Source of the DNA: Candidatus Latescibacterota bacterium
Lineage (GTDB): Bacteria; Latescibacterota; UBA2968; UBA8231
Direction of reading: 5' to 3'
Length of the DNA: 64,000 nt
Assembly: GCA_965204725.1 (NCBI GenBank)
Contig: OZ242005.1
Span: 1,184,001-1,248,000, forward strand
Position 1 is the stretch's first letter. Each line of letters begins with the position of its first letter. Below, piece by piece: positions 55,796 through 64,000 of the stretch. The position numbers and the translations under genes are program-made. The notes under the pieces are model-generated. The model had not been told where the DNA came from and made no database searches. It saw nothing but the letters and a program-made list of their open reading frames with translations.

Positions 55796-56884
55796 ATGCA
55801 AACGGACTTTAATCAAACGCGGCTGATGCGTTTTTTCGGCTGGCTGGTGCATGCGCATCCGAACTTTTGGATCGATGTGGGCAAGCTGGAGACGTGGCTG
55901 CTCAAGGGGCGGTTGGCAGGCCGAGCGGTACAAGCGCCCATTTACGTCACCGGCTTGGCCCGCGCCGGGACGACCCTGCTGCTGAACCTATTCGCGTCCC
56001 ACCCGCGCCTGACCTCGTTCAAATACTGCGATTACTACGGCGCGTTCACGCCGTTTTGGGCCGACCGCCTCTTTCGCGCGGCCGGCGTGGGCGCGGCACG
56101 CAAACAAGAGCGCGCCCACGCTGACGGCGTGCAGATCAACGCATACAGCCCAGAGGCCATGGAAGAAATCCTGTGGATGCAGTTTTTCGATTATCTGCAC
56201 GACCCGGCCGTGAACAACGCGGTTGAGCGGCAAACCAGCCACCCGGAATTTGAGACTTTTTACGCGGCGACCTTGACCAAGCTGCTGCTGGCCCGCGGCG
56301 GCGAGCGCGTCGTCTCCAAAAACAACTACAACATCACGCGGATCGCGTATCTGGCCAAGCTATACGAGGATGCGCGATTCGTCATTGCGGTGCGCCATCC
56401 GGTCGCACACGTCGCGTCCATGGCGCGCCAGCACCAGCGCAACTTGGCCCATTTCTCGTCCCCGGCTCACCGCCAGTACCTACGCAACGCCGGCCACTTT
56501 GAGTTTGGCCCCGAGCGCGTCCCCATCACCCTTGACGCGGAAAAGACGCGACATATCCAAAGGCTGTGGAACGAGGGGTGCGACGCCGAGGGCTGGGCTG
56601 AATACTGGAATGCGATTTACGCTTGGACCTACGCGGAGGTGCTGCAACACGACGCGCTTGCGACGCGCTGTTTGGTGATGCCGTTTGAGCACTTGTGCGC
56701 GGAGGCCGAGCAAAAGGTTGCGGAGATGCTGGCGTTTTGCAACTTGGACGGGGACGAGGCGCGGGTGAAGGGCTTAGCCGCGCACGTCGCGTGGCAGCCC
56801 CAATACGAAGCGGCGTTCAGCGCGACCGAGCGCGACGCCATCTGGCAGATATGCGGCGCGACGGCAAAGAATTACGGGCTATAG
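55796..56884 (+). CDS. PAPS-dependent sulfotransferase
   Basis: PIYVTGLARAGTT 5'-PSB motif, SKNN, VRHP....S 3'-PB motif, FEHLC. Confidence 0.88.
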   Translation: MQTDFNQTRLMRFFGWLVHAHPNFWIDVGKLETWLLKGRLAGRAVQAPIYVTGLARAGTTLLLNLFASHPRLTSFKYCDYYGAFTPFWADRLFRAAGVGAARKQERAHADGVQINAYSPEAMEEILWMQFFDYLHDPAVNNAVERQTSHPEFETFYAATLTKLLLARGGERVVSKNNYNITRIAYLAKLYEDARFVIAVRHPVAHVASMARQHQRNLAHFSSPAHRQYLRNAGHFEFGPERVPITLDAEKTRHIQRLWNEGCDAEGWAEYWNAIYAWTYAEVLQHDALATRCLVMPFEHLCAEAEQKVAEMLAFCNLDGDEARVKGLAAHVAWQPQYEAAFSATERDAIWQICGATAKNYGL

Positions 56885-56918
56885 TTCGCCGTCGCCCCAA
56901 ACCAACGCGAGGTATCCG

Positions 56919-57746
56919 ATGGATCTACTAGACGGACAAATCGCTGTCGTCACGGGCGGTGCCCAAGGCTTAGGGCTGGGAATCGCCCGGCAGTTGGCCT
57001 GCGACCGGGCCAGCGTGGTCATCGCCGACCGGCAGGAGGACAAGGCGCACGAGGAGGCCGCCAAACTCCGCGAAGAGGGCCTGACGGTGCGGGCCGCGGC
57101 GCTCGACATAACCGACAGCGCGGCGGTGACGGCCTTTTTCGCCGCGCTCGTCGCCCAAGAGCAGCGGGTAGATATTCTAGTCAACAACGCCGGGACCGGC
57201 CAGCAGGTGGCTCCGCTAGTCGAGCTGGAGGACGCCGAGTGGCACCGGGTGCTAGACGCGACCCTGACCGGAGCCTTTTACTGCTGCCGCGCGGCCGGAC
57301 GCATCATGGAGGAACAGGAGGCCGGCTGCATCGTCAACATCTCCTCGATCAACGGCCAGAACCCGGCTGCCTTGGTCGCGGCGTACAATGTGGCCAAGGC
57401 CGGAATCATTAGCCTCACCCGAACCTTGGCGCTGGAGTTGGCCGCGTACGGCGTGCGGGTCAACGCCGTGTGTCCGGGGCCGGTGTACACGGAATTCAAC
57501 CAGCGCAACATGGCCCAGCGCCGCGTCTCCTTGGGGCTGTCCGAAGAAGAAATGATTGAGCGCATTCGCACGGCCATTCCCTTGGGACGCTGGGGCGAGG
57601 TAGGGGATATTGCCCAAGGCGTGGCCTTTTTGTGTCGCCCGGCCGCGTCTTGGATCACCGGCGAAGTGCTCCGCATCAGCGGCGGCATGGAAGGCGTGTC
57701 GGCCACGCCGCCGAAAAGGCCGCGGCCGGAGCGGAGTTCGCTATGA
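56919..57746 (+). CDS. SDR family oxidoreductase
   Basis: VTGGAQGLG, NNAG, NISS, YNVAK, VNAVCPG. Confidence 0.95.
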   Translation: MDLLDGQIAVVTGGAQGLGLGIARQLACDRASVVIADRQEDKAHEEAAKLREEGLTVRAAALDITDSAAVTAFFAALVAQEQRVDILVNNAGTGQQVAPLVELEDAEWHRVLDATLTGAFYCCRAAGRIMEEQEAGCIVNISSINGQNPAALVAAYNVAKAGIISLTRTLALELAAYGVRVNAVCPGPVYTEFNQRNMAQRRVSLGLSEEEMIERIRTAIPLGRWGEVGDIAQGVAFLCRPAASWITGEVLRISGGMEGVSATPPKRPRPERSSL

Positions 57747-59695
57747 CCACGCCCTCGTGGACATCCTATTTGCTGCCCCGGCCGCAGGAGATTCGCATTG
57801 CCGATAGCGTCCGCTGTAAGCCGAGCGAAGTGGGCATCGCGCTGCGGGACCAAGCCGGGCCTATTGAGCAGCAGGGGGCCGCTGAGTTGGAAGCCTTGTT
57901 CGTTGAAAAGGGCCGAGCCAAGCCGGATGGGCGGGGCTTTACCATCGACATCGGCGTGGCGGAGGCAACCAGCGAGGCCATGGCACGGCTTCAAGGCTTG
58001 AATAACAAGGCCCAAGCCTATCTCATTGAGCCTCAAGGACGCGACCGACTGGTGCTGACTAGCGCAGACGAGCGGGGCGTGTATTACGCCTGCCAGACCC
58101 TGATCCAATTGCTCGAACCTGAAATGAGCCGGGACCAAGTTCACATCCCCTTGGCCGAGGTGGTGGACTGGCCCGATATGGACGAGCGGGGCCTGTGGAA
58201 TTTTCCCGAGCCCGAGGCTTGGATCCCGTGGCTGGCCGCGCTCAAATTGAACTACGGCAAAATGGCCTCGACGCAGTTGCACCCCATTGAACGCGGTCGG
58301 CGCAACCGGGCCACCATCGACCGCGAACTGCTCGAAGCGGCGCGGCGGCGGGCGTTCAATTATCTGCCCTATATCCTGCATCTCAATTTTCTGCACGACT
58401 GCGGCCTTTTCAGGGCCTATCCCGAATTGGCCGGCAAGGGAGACGGGGCGCTGACCGGGCGCTATTTCGCCCACAAGGCGGGCAATCAGCACCGGGTTCC
58501 TTGCGCCTCGCAGCCGCTGTTGGTGCAGATTCTGCAAGAGTGGATGGAGGACATCGCCGGGCAGGGAGCCGGGGAAGTAAGCTGCTGGCTGAGCGAGCGG
58601 CCCGGGCAATGCGGCTGTCTTGAATGCACTGCGGTGGGGCAGTTCGTGCTGGAGGCCCGGGCCTTTGTCGCCGCGTGGCGACGCGCCCAAACGCACCATC
58701 CCGACTTGCAGATTCGCATCTTTTTATCAACCACCACCACCGAGCGCGACTATCGGGTGCTAGACGAGTTGCCCCCAGCGGTGAAAATTGAGCGGGCCTG
58801 CGCTACCGAGCTGGAGCGGGTGCTGCATCGGCCGCGCGATTTAATGGCCAATCCCCTGCTAGACCACTATGCGGCCGAGGGGCGCTGGATCGCCAGTTAC
58901 GATGTGCCCATTGCGGCCAACGGTCGGGTCGATACGCCCGAGTTCAAGGTGCCGCAGCGTTCGGCCCACCGCATGCGGGACTATATCGGCCAACTGGTGC
59001 GGCGGGGGTATAGCGGGGCTTATGGCATGATGGCTTGGGGCGGCCCAGAGCGCCAGATCTGCAGCTTCAATATCCACGCCTTGGCCGAGTGGGCTTGGAA
59101 TAGCCGAGGCCGCGACGAAGCGGAATTCGCCGTGGCTTGGGCTCGGCGGGAAGGCTATGCCCAGCCCGAGGCCGTGGCCGAGTGGGCCGCTTTGATGGGG
59201 CCGGTGGAATTCGATGTGTACGATTCCGATTTCCCGATATGCTATTCTTGGGGCCAAGCCGCCGCCATGGTGCAACAGCGACAGCGGCCCTATTTGGGCG
59301 AGGGGATGTTCCGCTACTATCTCGCGGTCGAGGACTTCGACGCCAAAGCGGCGGTCTGCGATCGAGCCTTGGCAATAGTCCAAGATCTGGGGGAAGCGGA
59401 CTTGGCCCACGAGACGCAGGTGGTGCGGTCCTATGTGGAATTGGCGCGCGGCGTCTATTGGGTGGCCGAACAGGTCGCCACGCTTGACTTAGCGGAGTTG
59501 GAAAACCAAGCGTTGGTGCAGGGTAGCCTCGACCAGTTGCAAAAGGCGGGTCGGGACAACGTAGAGGCCATTCGGAATTGGCGTGCGGGCTTGGGCCGTG
59601 AGCCGTGGCACTACCGGGTACACGATGCCATTAAGGGCACAGAGACGACCGTGGCGGCTATCGTCCAATGCGTCGCCGACCGTTACTTGTATTGA
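57743..59695 (+). CDS. GH20 zincin-like N-terminal domain protein (putative glycoside hydrolase)
   Basis: LLPRPQEI, AY.I, DERGVYYACQTL.QL, V.DWP....RG; ATGA overlap with SDR. Confidence 0.7.
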   Translation: MTTPSWTSYLLPRPQEIRIADSVRCKPSEVGIALRDQAGPIEQQGAAELEALFVEKGRAKPDGRGFTIDIGVAEATSEAMARLQGLNNKAQAYLIEPQGRDRLVLTSADERGVYYACQTLIQLLEPEMSRDQVHIPLAEVVDWPDMDERGLWNFPEPEAWIPWLAALKLNYGKMASTQLHPIERGRRNRATIDRELLEAARRRAFNYLPYILHLNFLHDCGLFRAYPELAGKGDGALTGRYFAHKAGNQHRVPCASQPLLVQILQEWMEDIAGQGAGEVSCWLSERPGQCGCLECTAVGQFVLEARAFVAAWRRAQTHHPDLQIRIFLSTTTTERDYRVLDELPPAVKIERACATELERVLHRPRDLMANPLLDHYAAEGRWIASYDVPIAANGRVDTPEFKVPQRSAHRMRDYIGQLVRRGYSGAYGMMAWGGPERQICSFNIHALAEWAWNSRGRDEAEFAVAWARREGYAQPEAVAEWAALMGPVEFDVYDSDFPICYSWGQAAAMVQQRQRPYLGEGMFRYYLAVEDFDAKAAVCDRALAIVQDLGEADLAHETQVVRSYVELARGVYWVAEQVATLDLAELENQALVQGSLDQLQKAGRDNVEAIRNWRAGLGREPWHYRVHDAIKGTETTVAAIVQCVADRYLY

Positions 59696-59708
59696 GGGAG
59701 GACGACGT

Positions 59709-59736
59709 TTGACAAGTGTTCCATAATTGGTACACT
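59709..59736 (+). promoter_or_regulatory. promoter with overlapping palindromic operator of TA pair
   Basis: TTGACA-16 nt-TACACT; near-palindrome agtgttccataattggtacact. Confidence 0.6.
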
Positions 59737-59744
59737 ATGAGACA

Positions 59745-60092
59745 ATGAACAGAGTCAGGCCGCTAACCGTTCGCTTCTTCTGCACGACCACAGGGCGTGA
59801 GCCAGTTCGAGTGTGGCTACGCAGCTTAGATCGAGAGACAAAGAAGATCATCGGTGAGGATATCAAGACAGTTCAGTTCGGGTGGCCGCTGGGAATGCCG
59901 CTGGTACGCAAGCTCGATAGCGATCTTTGGGAGATCCGTAGTACGCTGCCCAATTCGATAGCCCGAGTGCTCTTTACGGTCTATGATGGCACTGTCATCC
60001 TGTTGCACGGTTTCATCAAGAAAAGCCAGAAAATCCCCGTTAGGGACCTCACTTTAGCACACTCCAGACTAACGATGCTCCGGGAGGAATGA
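59745..60092 (+). CDS. RelE/ParE-type (Gp49/DUF891) toxin
   Basis: GREPVR.WL, VQFGWPLGMPLVRKL...LWEIRS, LLHGFIKKSQK. Confidence 0.92.
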   Translation: MNRVRPLTVRFFCTTTGREPVRVWLRSLDRETKKIIGEDIKTVQFGWPLGMPLVRKLDSDLWEIRSTLPNSIARVLFTVYDGTVILLHGFIKKSQKIPVRDLTLAHSRLTMLREE

Positions 60093-60370
60093 TGAAAAAG
60101 CATATAGGCAGCAACTTTGATGAGTTCCTCGCAGAAGAAGGAATGCTCAGCGAAACCGAGGCAACGGCTGTAAAACGCGTTATTGCCTATCAGCTAAGTC
60201 TTTTCATGGAAAAAAACAAGCTGTCCAAAACGGAGATGGCAAAACGCATGCAAACCAGTCGGTCTGCGCTAGACCGTCTGCTTGACTCAACCAACCCCTC
60301 CATAACGCTACAGACCATGGATCGCGCGGCGCGGGTGCTGGGCAAAAAACTCCGCATTGAGCTAGTCTGA
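60089..60370 (+). CDS. XRE-family HTH antitoxin
   Basis: HIGSNFDEFLAEEG, KRVIAYQ, SKTEMA.RM.TSR..LDRLLD, TL.T; ATGA overlap. Confidence 0.92.
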   Translation: MMKKHIGSNFDEFLAEEGMLSETEATAVKRVIAYQLSLFMEKNKLSKTEMAKRMQTSRSALDRLLDSTNPSITLQTMDRAARVLGKKLRIELV

Positions 60371-60480
60371 GCGTACCGAGTCTGGCTTGCTGCCGGCACT
60401 TGGCTCGTCGCGGCAAGCCCTCATCCCCTAGAACTCAACAGCCGGCAAACCCCCGATCCGTGGCCGCGGCGTTCATCCGC

Positions 60481-61815
60481 TCACGGCACGAACCGATAGA
60501 CCACCGGCAACTGCGCGGGTTCTGTAACGCCGGAGTCTGTGTGATGGTAGATGTTGATGCGGCCGGCACCGCAGTCGCCGAAATCGTCGCAGGAGAGCGG
60601 GCCGCTCAGGCCCTGAAGGTCGGCCGTCGCGCTTAGCTGTTGGCGGAGGGCAGCGCGGTCGATCAAGAGCTTTCCGTCCTCGGCCACGACCACAGCCTCG
60701 ATGGTGTGCAACAGCAGCGTGGTCGCGTCGTAGGCATGGGCCCAGTACGGCGAGGCAGGTGACGCGCCGTAGGTGGCTTTGTATGCGGCGAGCACTTCGT
60801 CGGCGAGCTTGCCGGTGACGCCATTGACGTTCCCGCTGTGATCCGTCTCCGGCCCGGCGAAGTATATGCCCTCCGACTGGGGTGTGCCGAGGAACTCGGA
60901 CACGAGCAGAGCCGCGCCCGTGATGAGTGCGGTGCCTTCCAAGCCATCGAACGCGCGCGCCTGCTGGGCAAAGGGCGAGCCTTCCACCTCAAAGAGCGGG
61001 AAGAAGATGCCGTCTGGACTGGCGGCGGCAATTTCTGCGAGGACCGCCGTCATGTCTGCGTCGCCTTTCTGGATCTGGGCGATGGCTGCGACTTGGCCGC
61101 CGAGGGCGCGGAACGCATCGCCAAACGCGCTGACGAGGGCTGTGGTGTACGGGTCGCCGTCATCAACGGTCGCCACGCGCCGCAGACTCAGCTCGCTGTA
61201 CGCAAAGTCGGCGAGGGCTCGCGCCTGATAGAGATCGTTGTTGGAAACGCGGAAATACCCGGGGTGGTAGTCGGGGCCGGCGTTGCCGGCGAGGTCGGAC
61301 GTGAGCCGCGGCGAGGTGTTGGACGGCGCGATCATCGTCAAGCCGGCCGCGCTGAGCACTGGTGAAGCGGCTACGGCCGCGCCGGAGCAGGACGTGCCAA
61401 TCACGCCGATTACCTGTGGGTCCGCGCTGATCTGCTCGGCGCGAGCGCGCCCCCCATCCGGCCCACACGTGCCATCTACCGGCTCGCCGAGCTCAATCGC
61501 GTACCCGCGAATGCTGCCGATGTCGCGCACGGCTAACTCAATGGCGTACCGCTCCGTTATACCAAGCGACGGCGCGATGGTGTGCGCGAGCAACGAGCGG
61601 ATTTGGACGGACTCGCCGGCGCGGACCTCGACCACACCGAGCGGGTGGAGCCGCGACTCGGCGCGGCCGGCGACGGGCGAGCTGGTCCAAGTCACGCTGC
61701 TGATTACGCGCTTGGCCGCCGCTTGGGTCGGCTGGTTCGAGGAAACTGGATCGCGGTCGGAACACGCGCCTAGGGTCAAGGCGCAGGTGAGAAGAAAAAA
61801 CAAAGCGAATTTCAT
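60481..61815 (-). CDS. branched-chain amino acid ABC substrate-binding lipoprotein
   Basis: lipobox LGAC; VIGTSCSGA, MIAPSNT.P.LT, YFRV..ND, AYDA..LL; AAGGAGG RBS. Confidence 0.88.
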   Translation of the reverse strand: MKFALFFLLTCALTLGACSDRDPVSSNQPTQAAAKRVISSVTWTSSPVAGRAESRLHPLGVVEVRAGESVQIRSLLAHTIAPSLGITERYAIELAVRDIGSIRGYAIELGEPVDGTCGPDGGRARAEQISADPQVIGVIGTSCSGAAVAASPVLSAAGLTMIAPSNTSPRLTSDLAGNAGPDYHPGYFRVSNNDLYQARALADFAYSELSLRRVATVDDGDPYTTALVSAFGDAFRALGGQVAAIAQIQKGDADMTAVLAEIAAASPDGIFFPLFEVEGSPFAQQARAFDGLEGTALITGAALLVSEFLGTPQSEGIYFAGPETDHSGNVNGVTGKLADEVLAAYKATYGASPASPYWAHAYDATTLLLHTIEAVVVAEDGKLLIDRAALRQQLSATADLQGLSGPLSCDDFGDCGAGRINIYHHTDSGVTEPAQLPVVYRFVP

Positions 61816-61838
61816 GGGACCTCCTTTATGGGTTAGAT

Positions 61839-61885
61839 GGCTTGTTCAACATGACCCAAGGTGGGTTTTCAGACAGCCTCTTAAA
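61839..61885. mobile_element. IS/MITE end remnant related to 55711-55752
   Basis: ggcttgttcaaca..ccaagg..ggg..tcagacagcctcttaa versus ggcttgttcaacacgccaagggggggtcagaccgcttctaa. Confidence 0.45.
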
Positions 61886-61910
61886 TATACTATGGTATTC
61901 ATCCGCTGAT

Positions 61911-62032
61911 GTGTGCTTTTCCCGTTTAATCGCTGATGGCATCTCTTCATTTGTTCAATATAAACCAATGTATGCACCCTGTATTTTTTAGTAAATCCCA
62001 CCGGGGCCTTGTTTTTATGTTGCCCCACGCCT
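61911..62032 (-). pseudogene. GIY-YIG (UPF0213-like) nuclease fragment
   Basis: QHKNK...GFTKKY.VHTLVY.E, then after a frameshift EEMPSAIKREK; N-terminal GIY-YIG motif absent. Confidence 0.7.
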
Positions 62033-62095
62033 GTACCCTTTTCGCTACACACCCACGCCGCCGATCTCCCGTCCTCCCCCTATGAGCCGCCGCCA

Positions 62096-62110
62096 TGGCA
62101 CGATTCTTGC
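62096..62110 (+). promoter_or_regulatory. sigma54 -24/-12 promoter
   Basis: TGGCACGATTCTTGC matches TGGCACG-N4-TTGC, 46 nt upstream of ATG 62157. Confidence 0.65.
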
Positions 62111-62156
62111 CTATTGCACATACCACCCCTTCTCACCCGCAACCAAGGCAAGGCTC

Positions 62157-63056
62157 ATGGCCGAATTCGATTCCATCGCCAAACACCTCATCCACACCTA
62201 CCCCGCCGACTTCGCCCGATTCGCCCTCCAACAAGACGACGTCCAAGTCCTCGGCGTTGTCGATACCGAGCAGCCCACCGCCGAAACCCACCGCACCGAT
62301 AGCCTCATTCGCGTCCACGTCGGCGGCGAGGAGGTGCTGGTCCACCACGAGTTCCAAACCACCGACAGCAAACCGCCCATGCCGCGCCGCATGATCGGCT
62401 ATATCGGACGCGGCATTGAACAGCACAACCGGCCGATCTATTCCAACGTCATCTATTTGCGCCCAGACGCTGGCCGGAATGATCCGGGGCACTATGTCCA
62501 AGAGCGGCACGGCTATCGCGTATTGGTGCAATACAAGGTCATTCGGCTGATTGAGATCGACGGTCAACGCATCCTCGACGCCGGACCTTCCGGCTTGCTG
62601 CCGTTTGCGCCGCTGATGCAGCCGCCGGTGGGCGTCGATGCCGAGGGGTGGTTGCGCCAGTGCGTCAACCGGGCGCAACAGGTGCCGATGGACGAGAGAC
62701 GCAAGGCGAACTATCTGGCCGATCTTGCGATGTTGAGCGGGCTGGTGTATAACTTAGAGACGATAACGACCATCATCGAGGAGGAGACCATGTACGAGTC
62801 GTCGGTAGCGCAGTATTTCACGGAAAAGGGGATTAAGCAGGGCATTGAGCAGGGCATTGAGCAGGGCGGCCGAGAACGCACCATTGAAGCACTGCTTGAG
62901 GTGCTAGAGATTCGCTTTGGGTTGGCTGCGTCGGATCCGTTGGTCGCCCGCATTGAGGCCACCGACGATGTGCCGCGCCTCAAGCAGTTGCATCGGGCGG
63001 CCATACAGGTGCCCAGCCTTGACGCCTTTAGGCTCCTGTTAGACCAAGCCGAGTAG
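62157..63056 (+). CDS. Rpn family recombination-promoting nuclease/putative transposase (PD-(D/E)xK)
   Basis: FDS..K.L, RTDSL...HHEFQT, MP.RM..Y, VIYL, LLPFAPLM, GIEQ repeats, C-terminal DUF4351-like tail. Confidence 0.88.
   Translation: MAEFDSIAKHLIHTYPADFARFALQQDDVQVLGVVDTEQPTAETHRTDSLIRVHVGGEEVLVHHEFQTTDSKPPMPRRMIGYIGRGIEQHNRPIYSNVIYLRPDAGRNDPGHYVQERHGYRVLVQYKVIRLIEIDGQRILDAGPSGLLPFAPLMQPPVGVDAEGWLRQCVNRAQQVPMDERRKANYLADLAMLSGLVYNLETITTIIEEETMYESSVAQYFTEKGIKQGIEQGIEQGGRERTIEALLEVLEIRFGLAASDPLVARIEATDDVPRLKQLHRAAIQVPSLDAFRLLLDQAE
62790..63056 (+). CDS. putative in-frame internal small protein (RpnS-type antitoxin)
   Basis: GAGGAGGAG at 62778-62786 directly before in-frame ATG 62790. Confidence 0.55.
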   Translation: MYESSVAQYFTEKGIKQGIEQGIEQGGRERTIEALLEVLEIRFGLAASDPLVARIEATDDVPRLKQLHRAAIQVPSLDAFRLLLDQAE

Positions 63057-63105
63057 GGCTTCGCGTAATATCACTAAGGGATATTCTGCATGGCGTTTTG
63101 GGTAT

Positions 63106-63191
63106 GAGATACTTCGCTTCGCTCAGTATGACAAGGTCTGGGGCACGAAGCCTCCGTCTGTGTGTCATGCTGAGCGCAGTCGAAGCATCTC
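63106..63191. repeat. inverted pair of TGTC-type REP-like repeats
   Basis: gagatacttcgcttcgctcagtatgaca ... tgtcatgctgagcgcagtcgaagcatctc. Confidence 0.75.
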
Positions 63192-63198
63192 TCCATGC

Positions 63199-63223
63199 TT
63201 GCAAGTCATTTAGGACTGCTATA
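63199..63223. repeat. dispersed IS/MITE-end-like motif (copy 3)
   Basis: ttgcaagtcatttaggactgctata shares at.tagga..gctata with 21633 and 31317. Confidence 0.5.
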
Positions 63224-63276
63224 GCATTCCCAGCCGCAGCACTGCGGCTGATTGATGGCGTACCGGGCGTCCGGTA

Positions 63277-64000
63277 TCACCGGCTGGCCGAAAACTCTGC
63301 TTCCCAGAGGGTGCGGTTCCCGTCGGCAATCCACTGGCCGACCCGGATGCGATCGATGGCGTAGTCGGGGAGTTGGGCGATCGCGATGCACTGGTCGTCG
63401 AGTTGGAAGCCGCGCTGGTCAAAATGGAAGCCGAGGCTTTCAAAGCCGTGCCGCTGGCGGTCGGCCGGCAGTTCATTGGGGTCGGCCGGGGTGACGTGCA
63501 AAATGAACTTGGCCTGCACGTCGGCGGGGCCGCAGGGCTGTTTGCGGTAAATCAGCTTGCGTCCGGTGCGGTACATGTCCCAGCCGGCGCGAGCGATCTG
63601 CTCGTCAGCCTGTGCGATGAGTTGCTCTGCGTAGCGTTGTCTCTGGGCGGGGTGCCTTTCCGACTTGAACGATTCGGCCTTCATTTCCCAGAGCATGCGG
63701 TCGTTGCCGGCCATCCACCGGCCGATATAGAGGCGGCTGATGGGGTAGTCGGGGAGTTGGGCGGTCACCACACATTGGTCGTTGAGCCGGACGCCGCCGT
63801 GCCTGTAGAAATAGAAGTCGAGGTGGTCATAGCCATACTGCCTGCGGTCGGCTGACAGGTAGGCCGGTTCGTTAGGGCTGACTTGCAAGACGAAGTTTGT
63901 CTCCACGTCGTCGGGGGCACATGGCTGTTTGTGGTAGGTCAGCTTGCGTCCTGTGCGGTACACGTCCCAGCCGGCGCGACCCACCTGCTCGTCGGCTCGT
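63277..64000 (-). CDS. 5'-partial protein with tandem ~120-aa Cys-paired extracellular domains
   Basis: two copies of RAGWD.YRTGRKL.Y.KQPC.P.DV...F.L.V.P..P..L.ADR...G...L.F.F...G..L.DQC...AQLPDY.I.R...G.W.A...R.LWE. Confidence 0.75.
   Translation of the reverse strand, partial: RADEQVGRAGWDVYRTGRKLTYHKQPCAPDDVETNFVLQVSPNEPAYLSADRRQYGYDHLDFYFYRHGGVRLNDQCVVTAQLPDYPISRLYIGRWMAGNDRMLWEMKAESFKSERHPAQRQRYAEQLIAQADEQIARAGWDMYRTGRKLIYRKQPCGPADVQAKFILHVTPADPNELPADRQRHGFESLGFHFDQRGFQLDDQCIAIAQLPDYAIDRIRVGQWIADGNRTLWEAEFSASR

Noticed and set aside
1596-58699. Long antisense/alternate-frame ORFs (e.g. 1596-2636, 14644-15579, 42796-43833, 48711-49880, 57278-58699)
   Set aside because: They shadow well-supported genes, lack motifs and are expected in high-GC DNA.
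61869-61880. Neisseria-like DNA uptake sequence (aggctgtctgaa on the minus strand)
   Set aside because: Single imperfect copy, better explained as part of an IS-like end.
62157-63056. Rpn gene as an active IS transposase
   Set aside because: No terminal inverted repeats or target duplication flank it, and the family label putative transposase lacks demonstrated transposition.

Overview
This GC-rich bacterial window is a mosaic. The backbone is catabolic genes: 2 sulfatases, 5 PhyH-like Fe(II)/2OG enzymes, 3 Gfo/Idh/MocA oxidoreductases, 2 enolase-superfamily dehydratases, amidohydrolases, an SDR, GH-like proteins and solute-binding proteins. Between them sit single, often more AT-rich defence or toxin-antitoxin genes: a C5-MTase plus REase pair, Fic, DUF433, an Hna-like helicase-nuclease, a truncated BsuBI/PstI-type MTase-REase fusion, an orphan AAA ATPase, GmrSD, DUF4143, HsdR_N, RelE/XRE and Rpn. 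Several of these are broken, including a frameshifted and truncated type I-G cas3 with no other cas genes and no CRISPR array. The gene content (FlgD-Ig and TWGxLK C-terminal tags, PhyH and sulfatase expansion, DUF6785) suggests a Latescibacterota/Poribacteria-like, possibly sponge-associated organism; this is inference. The best leads are: (1) a PhyH paralog with HxG exactly where its sister paralog has HxD, a candidate halogenase; (2) an FN3-PQQ dehydrogenase-cytochrome c lipoprotein whose start is out of frame across a poly-C tract, a candidate phase switch; (3) an Hna-like gene sitting where the rest of a cas operon should be; (4) a sigma54-type promoter and an internal RBS in the Rpn gene; (5) composite REP/IS-end miniature elements; (6) defence genes tightly coupled into metabolic operons. 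All family calls come from motif recognition by eye, with no database searches. No rRNA or tRNA was recognised.
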